Assembly (NCBI GenBank): GCA_963575745.1
Contig: CAUYUJ010000122.1
Location: 62,001 to 117,958, forward strand
Direction of reading: 5' to 3'
Length of the DNA stretch: 55,958 bases
Source: Prorocentrum cordatum
Lineage: Eukaryota
The notes under the pieces were generated by a model. The model saw nothing but the letters and a program-made list of their open reading frames with translations, had not been told where the DNA came from and did no database searches. Shown here in pieces: positions 1-12,364 of this stretch (within the stretch, counting starts at the first letter, position 1; each line of letters begins with the position of its first letter). Made by a program: the position numbers and the translations under genes.

Positions 1-473
1 GTACGTTGACCATGGGATTCCGTGACAATCTTGCAATGTTTAAGAAAAATGCGCCGCGCGAAGGCGAGTATCACACTTCGAAAACGAACCGCCCTCAGTC
101 GGTGAACCCCCTGCAAATTTTGAAAACGAATGTGCGTGGCGCTAAGGCGAGATCCACATCTTGAAAGCGAGCTGAATTCAATCCTTGAAAGTCTAGCACT
201 GAAGAAAAATGTGTGCGGCGCTAAGGCGAGAGCCGCATTTTGAAAACGACTCACCCTCAATCCGTGACGCTCCTGAAAATCTGCAAAACGAAAGTGCGCA
301 CGAAAGTGCGCGGCGCTAAGGCGAGAGCCCCATTTTGAAAACGACCCGCCCTGCATCTTTAAAGCAGTTGCCAACTTTTGAGCTTCAGAGTCATAAATGG
401 TGAGGCAGTCTCAGGCGAAATGCCCGGCCCGCCCTTTCGACCGGCCTCGGTGTGCGACAGGGAGAAGTTATTT
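1..473 (+). repeat. Dispersed repeat built of ~80-bp internal units (GGCGCTAAGGCGAG...TTTTGAAAACGA...CCCTCA); second copy inverted at 14220-14590
   Basis: The reverse complement of 1-36 matches 14556-14590 and that of 400-473 matches 14220-14292. The copies differ in the number of internal units. Confidence 0.8.
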
Positions 474-1333
474 AGAAGGAAATGGAATGGCTGATGGCGG
501 CCGACAGCTGCTGGAACAGGCGCTTCGCTCTGGTGCCTGGCTCCTCGCCCAGCCGCGCGTCGCGGGCCTGTGCCAGACGTCGGACACTCTCGGCCCCCGT
601 CGGGCCTCAGCTGCCCGAGGCCTGGGCACAGAGGGGGATGAAGAGAGCCCCCTGCTGCCCACAGAGGGCCTCCGCGTCGAGGTGGTTGCGCTTTTTTGCC
701 GCCTCGTGCTCGCTGGCAGCGCGCCCCCTCCCTCCGAAAGCTGAGCCCCGGGCAGCCTGCCGGAGCAGCAGCAGGCGTGCCTAGGTGCCAGCTCGGGATG
801 TACACGTCGGTGGGCTCCTCTGGCTCGAACAGTAGCCCGAGCTTGTCGTTTTGCGCCGCCTCCAGGAAGTCCGACGCGCCCGGGAGCTGCTCGGACAAGA
901 TGTCCGCGCGATCGGTAGCACCGAGGCCCTCGTAGAAGTGACTCTGCCAGTACTCGTCGAGGGCGGCGGAGAAGTTCTTCTTCTTCTTCGTCTTCTTCTT
1001 GGCCCCCTCGAGCGTTTCTGGGGGCTGGGAATGGTAGGCGGCGAGGGCAGCTCCGGCCCGTGCGCGGTCGTCCTCCAGCGCCCAGGTCTACGCCGAGTCC
1101 AGCTTCGCTCAGAGGCGCCGCGTGGCGTCGAGGCTGGCCAAGTATAGAAGCGCCGGCCGAGTGGGCATCCAGCCGCCGCAGCCCCAGGCCGGCGCACGCG
1201 AGCCCCCGAGAGGCCTGGTGCCACTGGGCCTGCGTCAGGTCCGCGGCCAGCAGGCCTCCCGAAGCGGCCCTCGCGTCGTCGTAGCCGCGGAGAGCGCCTG
1301 GGGGGGGGGCGAACAACACAACACAACATCCGA

Positions 1334-1468
1334 GGGAATCCTTGGGGAATCCTTGAGAATCCCTAGGGGATCCTTAAGAATCCCTAGGGAATCCTTAGGG
1401 AATCCCTAGGGAATCCCTAGGGAATCCTTAGGGAATCCTTAAGGAATCCTTAGGGAATTCCCTAGGGA
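1334..1468. repeat. Tandem ~11-bp minisatellite GGGAATCC(T/C)TA, about 12 copies
   Basis: Directly visible; it interrupts the CRE-like remnant. Confidence 0.9.
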
Positions 1469-2378
1469 CGCGCTGTAGACAATCTTGCAGGAGGATGGCA
1501 CTGCGGGTGGAGGGCTTCCTGCGTGGCCCAGGCCGGTTCGGCTTTGGAGGCGCGGCGCTCAGTGAACGCCTCCGTGAACGCCGGGTCCCGACTGGCGCCC
1601 CGAGGAGCCAGAAACCGCCCCGCAAGGCCACGCGACAGGCGCTGGTGTCAGAGTCCGTCAGCAGCGGCGCTGGGAAGAGTCGGGCCAAGGCGTCCAGCGC
1701 CCTCTTTAGTCCCTCGCCAGCTCCTCCAGAACAGGGTGCACGGCCAACGAAAAGAAGAGCTGCCCCAGCGGGTCCCTCTGCTGAGCGCCAGCCTGGGGGG
1801 ACAACGCGTGTGAGCCGAAGTGGAGCTGCGAATGTTCCGCGTAGGTCCAGCTCGCCCACTGCTCCAGCTCTGGGAGGCGACCATCCACAGCTCGCAGCTC
1901 TTCGTCCCGCCGCAAGGTGCTGAAGGCGCTCGCAACATCCAGCTTGAGTACAGTGGAAACCCACGCCAAGTCCAGTTTGAGTACAGTGGAAACTAGGAAA
2001 CATTCTGCTTGCCTCCAGGGGGCCCTTGGTTTCTAGGCCGTTGACGGTTCTGCAATGGAAGGCGTGACGCCCCCACACCAAGAATCCATGGACGTCCTGG
2101 GGCCTCAGGATTGGGCTTCTTGTGGAATGTTTCTTTGTGGAAGATCTCTTGTGGTCGGGCCACTCCTGCAGAGCCTCCCTGCCTGGGTCGCGGTGGCGCT
2201 CGCGCCACTGGCGGACAGCGCGGACCTGCTGCCCCTGCGCCCAGCGGGCGGCGGCACCCGGCCGGCAGCGGCCGGCGCGTCGGCCTCGCCCCTGCCCTCC
2301 GCGTGGCCGCACAGGGCCTCGCCCGTGAGGCGACGGAGCACCTCGCCGACTGCGACCGGCCGGACGCCGCAGTCCTCT

Positions 2379-2605
2379 CAGAGCCCCGAATCATCAGGGG
2401 TAACTCGGGTCAGGGCTAACTCGGGGTCCTTTTCCGGGAATCCGAGCCCGACTTACCCCCGGACCCGAGTTACCCCGGATAACTCGGGCGTCCAGAGCCC
2501 CACAGCATCAGGGGTGACTCGGGTCAGGGCTAACTCGGGTTCCGTTTTCGGGAATCCAAACCCGAGTTACCCCGGACCCGAGTTACCCCGGATAACTCGG
2601 GCGCC
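2379..2605. repeat. Two tandem ~114-bp units, each an imperfect palindrome (ATCAGGGGTAACTCGGGTC...GACCCGAGTTACCCCGGAT)
   Basis: Units start near 2379 and 2493. A 9-bp direct repeat CTCTCAGAG occurs at 2375-2383 and 2617-2625. Confidence 0.8.
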
Positions 2606-4200
2606 CAACCCTCCTTCTCTCAGAGGATTAAAATGGTACTCCTACCCTCACCCTGCTCCCGATGCCCCCTTGTTGGGCCTCCTGGGAGGCCCTCTCGCAG
2701 ACGGCCGCACGCGCGGCAGGCGAGCTGGCGTCGAGCAGGTTCTGCGCTCGCCGCCCCGAGGGCCCCGGATAAGTGCAGTGCCTTGAGCACGGCGTTCGGC
2801 GCCAGCTCTGGTGCAGCCAGGAGCGCGTCCAAGTGCCTGAGCGGCTCGGCGGGCGCCCTTGGGTGCAGCCGCTTCCAGGCTTACGCTGTCTCCTGGGCTG
2901 GCTCGGCCAGTCCCCTGGCAGTCAGCGCCGCGCACCCCTTGGCAAGGAGACCCTCTGCGGCGAAGGCCGCGGAGCGGGCGGCCCGAAGCTCGCTGGTGGA
3001 CTGGTCGGCCGGACGGCGGCGGCGGCCAGGCTGCGTGTCGCAGGCCTCCTGCCAGACCGTCAGCCGCTCGCCTGTCTCCCAGCGAGCGAGGCGCTCCAGC
3101 CTGAAGGCCGCGAGGGCGGACTCGTGGTCCCACCTGGTGCGCGGGGGCCCGACCTGGACAGTTCTGGCCACCATCATCGGCAAGTCTGTCCAGGCAGCCC
3201 CAATGTTGTGCGCCACCACGCTGGCCAGACAACGAGTCCGAGCGCGGGACAAGGCAGCCCGGGCACGCTTGGGGACACGCTGGAGCGTGGGCACGCTCGC
3301 GGCGTGGACGCTCGTCAAGGAAGGGCGGCCGCGCCCAGCGGCCCTACCCCTTGCCGTGGCGGCCCGCTGCCCAGTGGCCCTGCTGGGGGTCCTACTGGGG
3401 CCCTTTTGGGCCGTCTTGGGGGCCACTTGGGCCATCTGGAGGCCATCTTGGGCCGTCTTCGGGCCATCTTGGGTTGCCTTCCTGCGCCGTCTTGGAAACG
3501 ATTTTGGGCATCTTGGACGCCTCGGAGAGTCCCAAAGATGCCTCAGGCTGCCCAGCGAGCCTCGGGAGGAGGGGGCGATGCACGTTCGTGGGCGCTACCG
3601 GGAAAGGGGCGAGCCTCAGAAGATGGCAGAAAACCTAACAGGCTGCACTTGGCATTTTACCTCGCCTCAGCGTGTCCAGGGGAACGGTGGCGGACAGGCT
3701 ACCTTCAGGAGGGAGGAGAAGTAACATTCATCGGAGGGCCCGGAGGAACGAGGAGGACGTCGAGCAGCGTGCACGCCCGCAGCAGAAATGTGCAGACTGG
3801 GCGCAGATGGCGTCTGCAGCTCGGCGGTGCCCCGAGGAGCGGGTGGTGCCGCTGCCTCCAGCCTCGGCCGGGCCCGCTCGGAGTGGCCGCAGAGGCCGAG
3901 GCCGGCCTGGCGCCCGCCATCTCGCAGCTGCGGCCAGGAGGCGGGCCCCCCGCTGCGGCGAGAGGCGGAACGGCGCGGTGCACTTCCTCCTCGCGCCATC
4001 GGCGGCTGCAGCGTGCCCTGGCTGGTGCACGGACGTTGGCGTCTGCCACTTGCTGCCTCAGACAGCTGCTGTTTCTCTCGCGGGTGCTTGCTACTTCGGC
4101 AGTGGCCGCTCCTCGACCTGCGACGTCAGAGTGAATTCGTGATATCTCAATGTTGCTCGCCACGTCGGTTGGCGAGGGCTCCCATCCCCCCGAAATGTCA

Positions 4201-4414
4201 AGCAGTGGCCAGGCGTCCTGGCTTGCCTGAAAGGCCCACCAGCGAAGGTTCTAAGAACCTTGTATGGGTCGCACAAGATGCTCTTAGAACAGTTCTGGCT
4301 GGGACTGCCTTATTTTACACATCTGGCTCATGTTCTAAGAGCTTAGAACATCCTGGGGTTCTAAGAGCATTTGAGGGTGGGCCGGTGGGAGTGCCAGGAC
4401 TGTCGGCCCCTGCT
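4201..4414 (+). mobile_element. MITE-like family C (termini AGCAGTGGC...GCCCCTGCT; internal TTCTAAGAAC motifs), copy 1
   Basis: Short imperfect terminal inverted repeats (TIRs); homologous copies at 9873-10098 and 35281-35506. Confidence 0.65.
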
Positions 4415-4649
4415 GAAAAAGGGACCTTAAGGGGCAGAGGCCGAGGCCCATGAGGATTCACCGTCACGACCCAGACCTCCGACGTCGTGCTTCTGATCGA
4501 GCCGCTGGCCCCCAGGGACCTCGTCTGGCCCCCCTTCTCCAGGACCGGCTCCTCGTCTGGAGTTGATGGCCCCGGGCCCCTGGCAGGGCCTCACGCAGGC
4601 ACGGGCGAGCGAAACGCCCGTCGCGCCTTCTGGTCGCGCCTCAACTCTA

Positions 4650-4876
4650 GGCCTCCTAGATGGGGTCGGAGTAGATGGGGTCGGAGGAGTGCGCCGTATC
4701 GCCGATGCATCGACCATGCGGCTCGATGTGGAGCCCGGTGTTTCCCCACGCCGACGTCGCCGATGCCTCGCCGACGTCGCCGATGCATCGCCGATGCACC
4801 GCCGATACGTCGGCGATGCATTGGCGATGCGGCGCGATCCTTCGACCCCGTCTACTCGGACCCCATCCAGGAGGCC
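4650..4876 (+). mobile_element. MITE family B (~39-bp TIR GGCCTCCTAGATGGGGTCGGAGTAGATGGGGTCGG; internal CATCGCCGATGCATCGGCGATG palindromes)
   Basis: Long imperfect TIRs with TCTA on both flanks; homologous copies at 48169-48479 and 49744-49969. Confidence 0.8.
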
Positions 4877-5203
4877 TCTATCATCGGAGGCCGCGGGGGC
4901 ACGCCGGCGTGGAGGTCCTGGGCCGCCTCCGCTCTGCACGCTGGGGTCGGTGGGGGCCCGCGGCCCGCGCGCCGCCGCAACGTCGCAGCGACGCGGGGCC
5001 CCCCCCCTTCTGGCGGGGGAGGGGAGGCAGCGCCTGCAGTGCGGCGGCGCCGCGGCGCTGCTGCCGCGCGGCGCCTGGCTCGGCGCGCTGTCCGTAGGCC
5101 CCGCGGCCCGCGCCCCGAGGGGCCGCGCTGGCGGGGGCCTTCTGGAGGATCGTCGCCGTTCTGGCGCGCGGTGGGGCCCTTGCTGGGGCGTCTTTTTGAG
5201 GGC

Positions 5204-5905
5204 TCCTCCTCCTTCTGCTGCTCCTCCTCCTCCTCCTCCTCCTCCTCTTCCTTCTCCCCTTCCTCCTCCTCCCTCCCGCCTCCTCTGCTCCTCCTCCTCC
5301 TCCTCCTCCTCCTCCTCCTCCTCCTCCTCCTTCTCCCCCTCTCCCTCCTCCTCCTCCTCCATCCTCCCCTCCTCTCCTCCTCCTCCTCCTCCTCCTCCTC
5401 CTCCTCCTCCTCCTCCTCCTCCTCCTCCTCCTCCTCCTCCTCCTCCTCCTCCTCCTCCCTCCCCCTCCCTCCTCCTCCCCTCCACTCCTCCTCCTCCTCC
5501 TCCTCCTCCTCCTCCTCCTCCTCCTCCCCTCCTCCTCCTCCTCCTCCTCCTCCTCCTCCTCCTCCTCCTCCTCCTCCTCCTCCCTCCCTCCTCCTCCTCC
5601 TCCTCCTCCTCCTCCTCCTCCTCCTCCTCCTCCCCCTCCTCCTCCTCCTCCTCCTCCTCCTCCTCCTCCTCCTCCTCCCCCTCCTCCTCCTCCTCCTCCT
5701 CTCTCCTCCTCCTCCTCCTCCTCCTCCTCCCCCTCCTCTTCCTCCTCCTCCTCCTCCTGCTGCTGCTGCTCCCCTCCCCTTCCCCTCTTTCTCCTCCCTC
5801 CTCCTTCTTCTTCCTCCTCCTCCTCCTCTTTTTCCTCCCCTCCTCCTCCTCCTCCTCCTCCTCCTCCTCCTCCTCCTCCTCCTCCTCCTCCTCCTCCTCC
5901 TCCTC
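5204..5905. repeat. Long degenerate (CCT)n microsatellite, representative of many CCT/GGA tracts (e.g. 6889-7035, 14096-14202, 25791-26081, 37168-37275, 40628-40843, 41322-41579, 46508-46810, 48596-48893, 51968-52091, 54842-54918)
   Basis: Directly visible trinucleotide tracts that generate the spurious poly-E/G/R/P/S/L ORFs. Confidence 0.95.
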
Positions 5906-6309
5906 GGATCGCCTACGGCCCCGGGGGAAACCGTGCACCCCAGGGCCCTAACTGAAGTCATATGATCGAGGTCGATTCGGAGAGGTTGCCTTCGTGTTCT
6001 TCGCGCTTGTTGGATCGGTGCATCCCTGGGAGGGTACCCGTGGATGTTCGGTTTGTTTTGGCCGACGGAGGCTATCATGCTCTTGAAGGGTGTTCTCCTG
6101 GACCGGGTCCGACTGTATGGATCATTGGGGGTTCAGGAAGGGCTCTGGCCTTCAGGCCGCTCCTTGGATCTATGTCGGGGAGCGTCTTCGTGGTCGAGGC
6201 CTCCCGTGGCCATGGAAGCCCCTCTTCGCTTCCTGCTCGGCAACCCTTGCGCGTAGCACGATGGTTCTGAACCATTCGCGGTGGCAGATCTAGGGGAACA
6301 AGCAATGGC

Positions 6310-6480
6310 ATAAACATACAAACTCGGAGCCCCGCGCGGATTCCTCAGATCGGCGTTGGGGCCCCCTGGCGGCGCCTCCAGCGCTGCCCCTGGCGCGCTC
6401 CGCGCGCCAGGGAGGGGGGGAGGGGGGTCCAGCGCCGATCCCACGAATCCGCGCGGAGCTCCGAGCTTTTATGTAACATT
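6310..6480 (+). mobile_element. Small TIR element (AAACTCGGAGCCCGCGCGGATTC...GAATCCGCGCGGAGCTCCGAGCTTT); interior repeated at ~32765-32856
   Basis: Imperfect inverted termini of about 30 bp plus a second partial copy. Confidence 0.6.
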
Positions 6481-7312
6481 GCCCCCAGAGAGGGGGCCCA
6501 GACAGCTCTGAGGCCCACGGGCTCGGAGGACGAATCCGCCAGGGGTCTGGAGGGGGTCCGCGGCAGGGGCCTCCACAGCTCTCCAGTTGTCTCCTGCCCC
6601 TGCTCTTCCAGAGGCCAGCCGGTGCCACACCGGGGGCCCCAGGAGGCCTTGGGAAGGCGCCACGCCCAGCGCAGGCGTGCAGGCAGCCCGCATAGTCAGG
6701 CAGGGCAACGATCCCAGGTGGGCCCTTGCATCCTGGCCTCTGTTCGGCCCATCCTTTGCCGCTTTTGCTGGCCGCGCCCCGCTCGAAAGGCCTCGAGATG
6801 GCCTTCCAAGGCCCTGACATCCTTGTCGCGCGTCCTCGTGACGGTGGCCGACTGTCCCTCGACGTCCTCGTCGCGCACGATGTGCCCTGGAGGAGGAGAA
6901 GGAGGAGGAGGAGGAGGAGGAGGAGGAGGAGGAGGAGGAGGACGAAGAAGAGGAGGAAACGTAGGAGGAGGAGGAGGAGGAGGAGGAGGAGGAGGAGGAG
7001 GAGGAGGAGGAGGAGGAGGAGGAGGAGGGAGGAGGACCCTCCCGCCTCCAGGGCCTCGGGGGGGGGGGGGGGGGGCTGGCGGCGGCGAGGGGGAGGGCAG
7101 GCCCCGAGCGGCGAGAGGCGGCGGCCGCCCGGCAGCAGGAGCCTCCCGGGCCCAGCATCCACTCGGGCGCCTCCCTCGACAGGAGGAGTATTCGAGAACA
7201 GTAGCAACTAAGATTGGGAGGACACTTCGTGCTTTTCGATCGTTTTTTTTTATTATTATTATTATTTCTTTGGAGGACATGCCTGTAGGAGGACATGCCC
7301 GACCGAAGCCTA

Positions 7313-7488
7313 CAGTCGGGGCCCTGAGAAAGGAACCGTTTTCGTTGGGGAGGGGCTCGGTGTTCCTTAGTTTTTTTGCAGTTCGCCTTAGGTTTTCCTT
7401 AAGGTTTCGATGGGACATCGAAGTTTAACTTGTGGGGAAAAGGGGGCCCGTTCCTTATTTAGGGTTCCTTAGGTCAACGCCCCGACTG
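7313..7488 (+). mobile_element. MITE family A (176 bp; TIR CAGTCGGGGC; TA target-site duplication; Tc1/mariner-type), copy 1
   Basis: TA|CAGTCGGGGC...GCCCCGACTG|TA; six copies in the window. Confidence 0.9.
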
Positions 7489-9872
7489 TAGCGCTCGCCG
7501 TCGTCATGAGCACTGCCCCGCGCGGCGCGCCTCCGGAGGGCTGGGGGACGCTGCGCGGCTGCACGTCGAGCGCCCTGCGCGGTCGCGTGCCGGGGAGGGT
7601 GCGGAGGATCCCCCGTCCCCGCCTCCCCGGGCTGCCCCCTCTCAAGTGACTGACTCGGGGGGGTGGACAGAATCCCCACCCTGACACGTCGATGGGTGAT
7701 TTGTCCGTTTTCGGTCCTCGGCCGTCCTTTTTCTGGGCTTGCGCCCGCCAGGCTCGGGCCCGAGGCCGCTCTCACCAAACCACGCTCTACTGAAGGGGGT
7801 GCGGTCCATCCCCGAGTGGCCCCCGCGTCGCCTGCGCGGCCTCACCCCCGTGACGGGGGCGCTTTTCCCGAGCGCGGCGGGCAGATCGAGGCGCCGAGGG
7901 GCGATGCTCCGACCCGCTCTCGGCGACTGCTGCCTTCCCACCTTGAGATTAGCCTCCTCGGAGTCCGAGGGCGGCGTGCACGGTCGAGAGGACGGCTGGC
8001 CTTTTCGGCGGCCGACGCACTGGCGGCGCACGGGCGACGAATGCGCGCGACGCACCTCCTGTCGCGAAGGGGGGGGGTAAGCACGCCGGTCGTCTTACTG
8101 GGCCTTCACACCTCGGACCATCTACGTTCAGGATCGCGCCGCCTGCGCGTAGGGCGGCAGTGTGGCCTCAGCAGCTGCTGCCGTGCGCCGACTGCACGCC
8201 TCGCGGGGCGCGCGCCGCGGGCGGCCTGAATCTACACAGAGAGGTCTTACATTTGGTAGATGCTAGAGTGGTGCAGGGCGCCACCACGTGCGCGGCACCA
8301 AACACATGGCACCAGGCGCACAGCACATCACGCTTGCTCAAGGCACCGTGCAGGCGGCGCCACACGTGCCATGCCGCGCACACGGCGCGAGGCCCAATGC
8401 ACCACGCACAACCAAGCTGTAGTACATCATACTCGGCACCACGTCCACCGCACAACGAACGCGGCACCGCGCACGCGGCAACACGCTGAGTTGGCCACGC
8501 ACGGCAGACCGAACACATGGCACCACACAGACACACACACACATTCACACATACGCACACACACACGCGCACACGGTGGCGGCGGGCACGCGTTGCTACG
8601 CACGCGGACCTGGATGTCACAGCCACGCAACGTTGAGCACACTGCAGTACGGCCGCCACAACATGTCTTCATGCACACGGCGCCGAATACATGGCCTGAC
8701 GCATTTGTAAAACATATTCCCTCCCTTGCCGCGAATGTTGCTTAGAAGGGGCATTCGGCGAACATCCCAGCAACACACACGCACAGCACCACTGACGCTT
8801 TATCGCGCGCACAGCACCACACACGCGGCACTACGCACGCAGCGCCACGCACACAGCACGCACAGGGCATCACACTCGCAGCATGGAGCCGCGCACTCAG
8901 CACCATGCGCATGGTACCGAGCGCACGGAACCGTGCAAGCGACACATTATGCTATCGCACGGCACCGTTCGCACGGGAAACGGATTTTTGGGCGTATCGC
9001 AGTGCTTCTCTCGAGACCACGAGATTTTCGCTCGTTGGGAGACCTCCACTCCAGAAGAGGTTCTGAACTTCTGACTTCTGACTGTCAGAGTGCGCCTTTT
9101 CGCCCGGCCCGTTCGTTGGGCGCGCTGTTTCCTTCCCCCTGCCCTGCATGGAGTTTCCGTTCCTACAAGCCTCGTCAAAGATCTCCTGACATGGAAGCTG
9201 AAATCCTGGAGCACGACGCTTTCGGGCACTTGTCGTCAGAAAGCGCGTCGGCCTTTGGACATCACCGCGCGCGAGTCGACAGGCATCCATCAGCCCTGGA
9301 GTAGCGCTGACCCCACAATCACCGAATCCAGAAGTCTTCTGTTCATTGCGAAGGCTTTACGGCCAGTGTCCCCGACCCTGAGAACGGCGAAGATGAAAAC
9401 GAGGAGGGGCAGGGGGAGGAGGATGAGTGGGAGGCGGAAGAAGGGTGGGGGAGGTGGATGAGGGAGGGGGAGGAGGGGGGCGAAGGATGCGGAGGAGAAG
9501 CAGGAGGAGAGCAGGAGGCAGAGGAGATTTGCTTATATCTGACGAGGCCCGTAGGATCCCTCCCTCTCCTGCGCTCTGGGCACAGCTCGGCTCCGGCGCG
9601 CCACGCCGGGAACCCCCTCGCCTCGGGAGTGTCTCCCCTGCCCGCCCACGCATAAGGGCTCCAGAGCCCCATCCGGGGCGGGCGGCCTTCTCTAAGGAGG
9701 GGAAAAACACAGACGCAATTAATCGTCGATTCCCAGGAAAATATGGGGAATATTTCATTTGTGTGTATAAATTTGTGTGTCCCTGGCCCCTTTCACTTTC
9801 CCGACCCCCCCCTCGGCGCCCGCAGCGGCCGACCGCCGGCCGCGCCCGCCTGCCGGGCTGGGCATCAGCTCG

Positions 9873-10098
9873 AGCAGTGGCGAAGCGTCACGGCTCGCCT
9901 GTATGCCTACCAAGCCATGTTTTGATAGCCTTTTGTGGTTACCACGACATGTTCTCAGAACATTTGTGGTTGGGATTGTCTGTTTTAACACATCGGGTTT
10001 ATGTTATGAGAAAATTGTTGTTGTTCTTAGAACGTGTTTGGGTCCTACGAACATGTCGTGGTAGGCCTATAGGAATGCCAGGACGGCCGGTCCCTGCT
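9873..10098 (+). mobile_element. MITE-like family C, copy 2
   Basis: Alignable by eye to 4201-4414 and 35281-35506. Confidence 0.65.
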
Positions 10099-10370
10099 CA
10101 ACCAGCCGCTTCGCCCGTGCGTCGGTCAAACCACAGGACAAGCACGGGCTTCAGAACAAGTCTCCGGCACGTCGAGGAGCAAGCCACCGGGACTTGTAAG
10201 AGCAGGCGACGGGAGCTAGCAGGAGCACGCCACCGAACTGAGTAGAAGCACGCCGCCGGGCCAGGGCCCCCAAGTGCTGTCCCGACGATTCCGACGTGGT
10301 TCAACGTCTTGACATGATCAAGGCGTAGTTTCGTCACACATGTTTTGTTACACATTTTGGGCCATGGCGC

Positions 10371-10606
10371 GCCGTTCCTAGAGGAACGAACTGAGAGTGT
10401 AGTGTTTTTTTACTGTTCTGCAGATGTTTCGCCTTCTAGAGCTGTTCCCTGGCCCTGGTCGAATCAAAAGAGCGACCTGGGCTAAAGAGCCGTTCCTAGA
10501 GGAACGAGCTGAGAGCGTAGTGTTTTCCTACTGTTCTGCAGATGTTTCGTCTTCTAGAGCTGTTCCCTGGCCCTGATCGAATCAAAAGAGCGACCTGGGC
10601 TGAGGA
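10371..10606. repeat. 118-bp tandem duplication (two copies)
   Basis: GCCGTTCCTAGAGGAACGA... starts at 10371 and 10489, with few mismatches between copies. Confidence 0.9.
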
Positions 10607-12101
10607 GCCTGTCTCCAGAAGGGTGCCGAGAGGTCCAGGGGCCGACATACGTCACGAACCAGTCGTGTCGTCGGGTGTGGGGGAAGGCGGAGAGACGAGG
10701 GCAAATTATTTCAGAACAGCAGCGGTGGAAGGCGACTTGGTCGTCCGTCGGGCAAAGAACTGCAGTGGCCAGCTTGGCCCTACAGAGGACTCCAGAGGAA
10801 GGAGGAAGGAGGAGGGAGGAGGCCACCAGCTGGGCCTGCCCAGGCCCCAGGACCCTAGGAGGGCTCGCCGCAGCGGAGGGGCTCTCGGCACGCTGGCCGA
10901 CGCGCTGTGGTCGTGGTCGTGGTCGTGGCTACCATGCCCCCTGATCGGAGCCCTCGCCTGGTGCGCGCCGTCATGGACGAGGCTTCGAGGCGTTCCGCGG
11001 GCGCGCCCCGCTCCATGCGCATCGGGCGCGCTTGCCTCCCCACTGCGGCGCTGGAGGAAAGGGGCGCCGTCGATGGGCCAATCTTCCACCACCGCTCTCA
11101 TAGGTAGGACGGGAGGAGGGAGAGTGGGGAGGTCTTCCTCCTCCTCCTCCTCCTCCTCCTCCTCCCTCTCCTGCCTATGGTAGCGGTGGTGGAAAATCGC
11201 TTCATCAGTCATGGCCGTCGTTGCCGCCGTGGTCGTGGCCGCCTCCCTGGCCTGCCGCTGGCCAGGCCTGTCCTACCGCCGCGCCGGCGCCGACCGCCCG
11301 CCGCTGCCGTGGCGCGGGGAGTTCCGCGGGCGGTCCGTCGGCTGCGCGGTGCCGGAGAGCCGCAGGCCGCCGGGCGACGCGGGCCGCAGGCCCGCGGCGC
11401 GCTGCCGGGGCGTGCCTCGAGGGCCAGCGACTGCGAAGGGCGTGGTCACGCCGGGCTGTGGCGGTCTGCGATCGGCGCCGCTCGGGCCTCGGGGGGGCAC
11501 GGCGCTGTCCTCGCCGGGCTTCCTCGGGGCGCGGCGGAGGACTCCGTCGAGGTCCCTGTCCGCCCCGCACGGTGTCCCCCATGGGCAGGGCTGGACCTAA
11601 ACGGTGTTTCGGCGATTTCCTGGGCCGTTTTCGTTTCGAGCTCGTTTTGCGGTAAGGGCGGATTCGAGATAAAGCGAGGGAAAACGAAAGCAAAACGAAA
11701 ACGAAAAACACCGGGTGTCCCCCTGGGTTCCGGCTGCAGACCACACCCTCTGCTGACCACACCCGTCGGAGTCGCCGGGAGGGGGAGGGTCGGCGCGGGC
11801 AGGGTCGCGCCGCCTCGGCGCAGCGGCGACGGCGCCTCACGCCTTCTGGTGGCTTCGGGGGCCCTCCCTGTGGGTCGGGGTTGGACAGACCTCCTACCCT
11901 GCCGCGTCGATTGGCGAATTGGCCGTTTTCGGTTCGCGAGAGGGCGGCCGGCACTTTTGCGGGCCCAGGTCCGTCGGTTTCTGTCCCAGGCCGTTTTCAC
12001 GAAAGGGTGGTTTGCTAAAGGGAGGTCTGTCCACCGCCGAGTGGGGCCCACACGGCTGGGTGCAGCTTGAGAAGCTGGTCAGGACGGCGTTCGGGAAGCC
12101 T

Positions 12102-12225
12102 GGCATCGCTCGGACGTGTGCGTTTTTTCGGCGAGGACCATCGAGGAGCATCCTTGATCACTTGGCGAAAAAACCACGCACGAAACCGAACAAAAAACAC
12201 AAAAAATGGACGTCCGAGCGATGGC
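12102..12225 (+). mobile_element. MITE-like family D (CATCGCTCGGACGT...ACGTCCGAGCGATG), copy 1
   Basis: 14-bp perfect inverted core at the termini; second copy at 17361-17485. Confidence 0.75.
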
Positions 12226-12364
12226 GAGGAAGGGGTTTGGGGAAGGGACGGGTCTGGGCCAAGGGTCGCCCTCGGCAGGCTCCCGCCGCTTCGGCGCGGC
12301 GGCGTCGCCGGCGCGGGCGTTCAAGACGGGGGGTTCCCATCGGCTCTCGCGACCCACTGGAGTG

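Larger units (their letters stand above)
485..3350 (-). pseudogene. Degraded CRE-like (restriction-like endonuclease) non-LTR retrotransposon ORF, fragmented by insertions, deletions and frameshifts
   Basis: Collinear minus-strand motifs: AKGCAAL (~2930), AVLKAL (~2790), GVRPVAVGEVLRRL (2330-2370), LKLDVASAFSTLRR and AGAQQRDPLGQLFFSLA (1710-1950), LLGAPVG (~1590), WHQASRGLACAGLGLR (~1200), LGLLFEPEE then PTDVYIPSW (780-845), KRNHLD..LCGQQGALFIP (635-695), RLFQQLSAAI (~495-525). The YxDD segment and zinc knuckle are missing. Confidence 0.8.

Noticed and set aside
1..358. CRISPR array
   Set aside because: The ~80-bp units are similar along their whole length with no unique spacers; eukaryotic context and no cas genes.
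2005..2125. Penelope RT motif (HKKPNPEAPGRPWILG) in a repeat also found at 37557-37677
   Set aside because: The resemblance rests on a few residues; only the repeat itself is supported.
4427..6078. Long poly-E/G/R/P/L ORFs (and similar ORFs over other microsatellites)
   Set aside because: Stop-free translations of (CCT/GGA)n, (CA)n and (GAT)n tracts.
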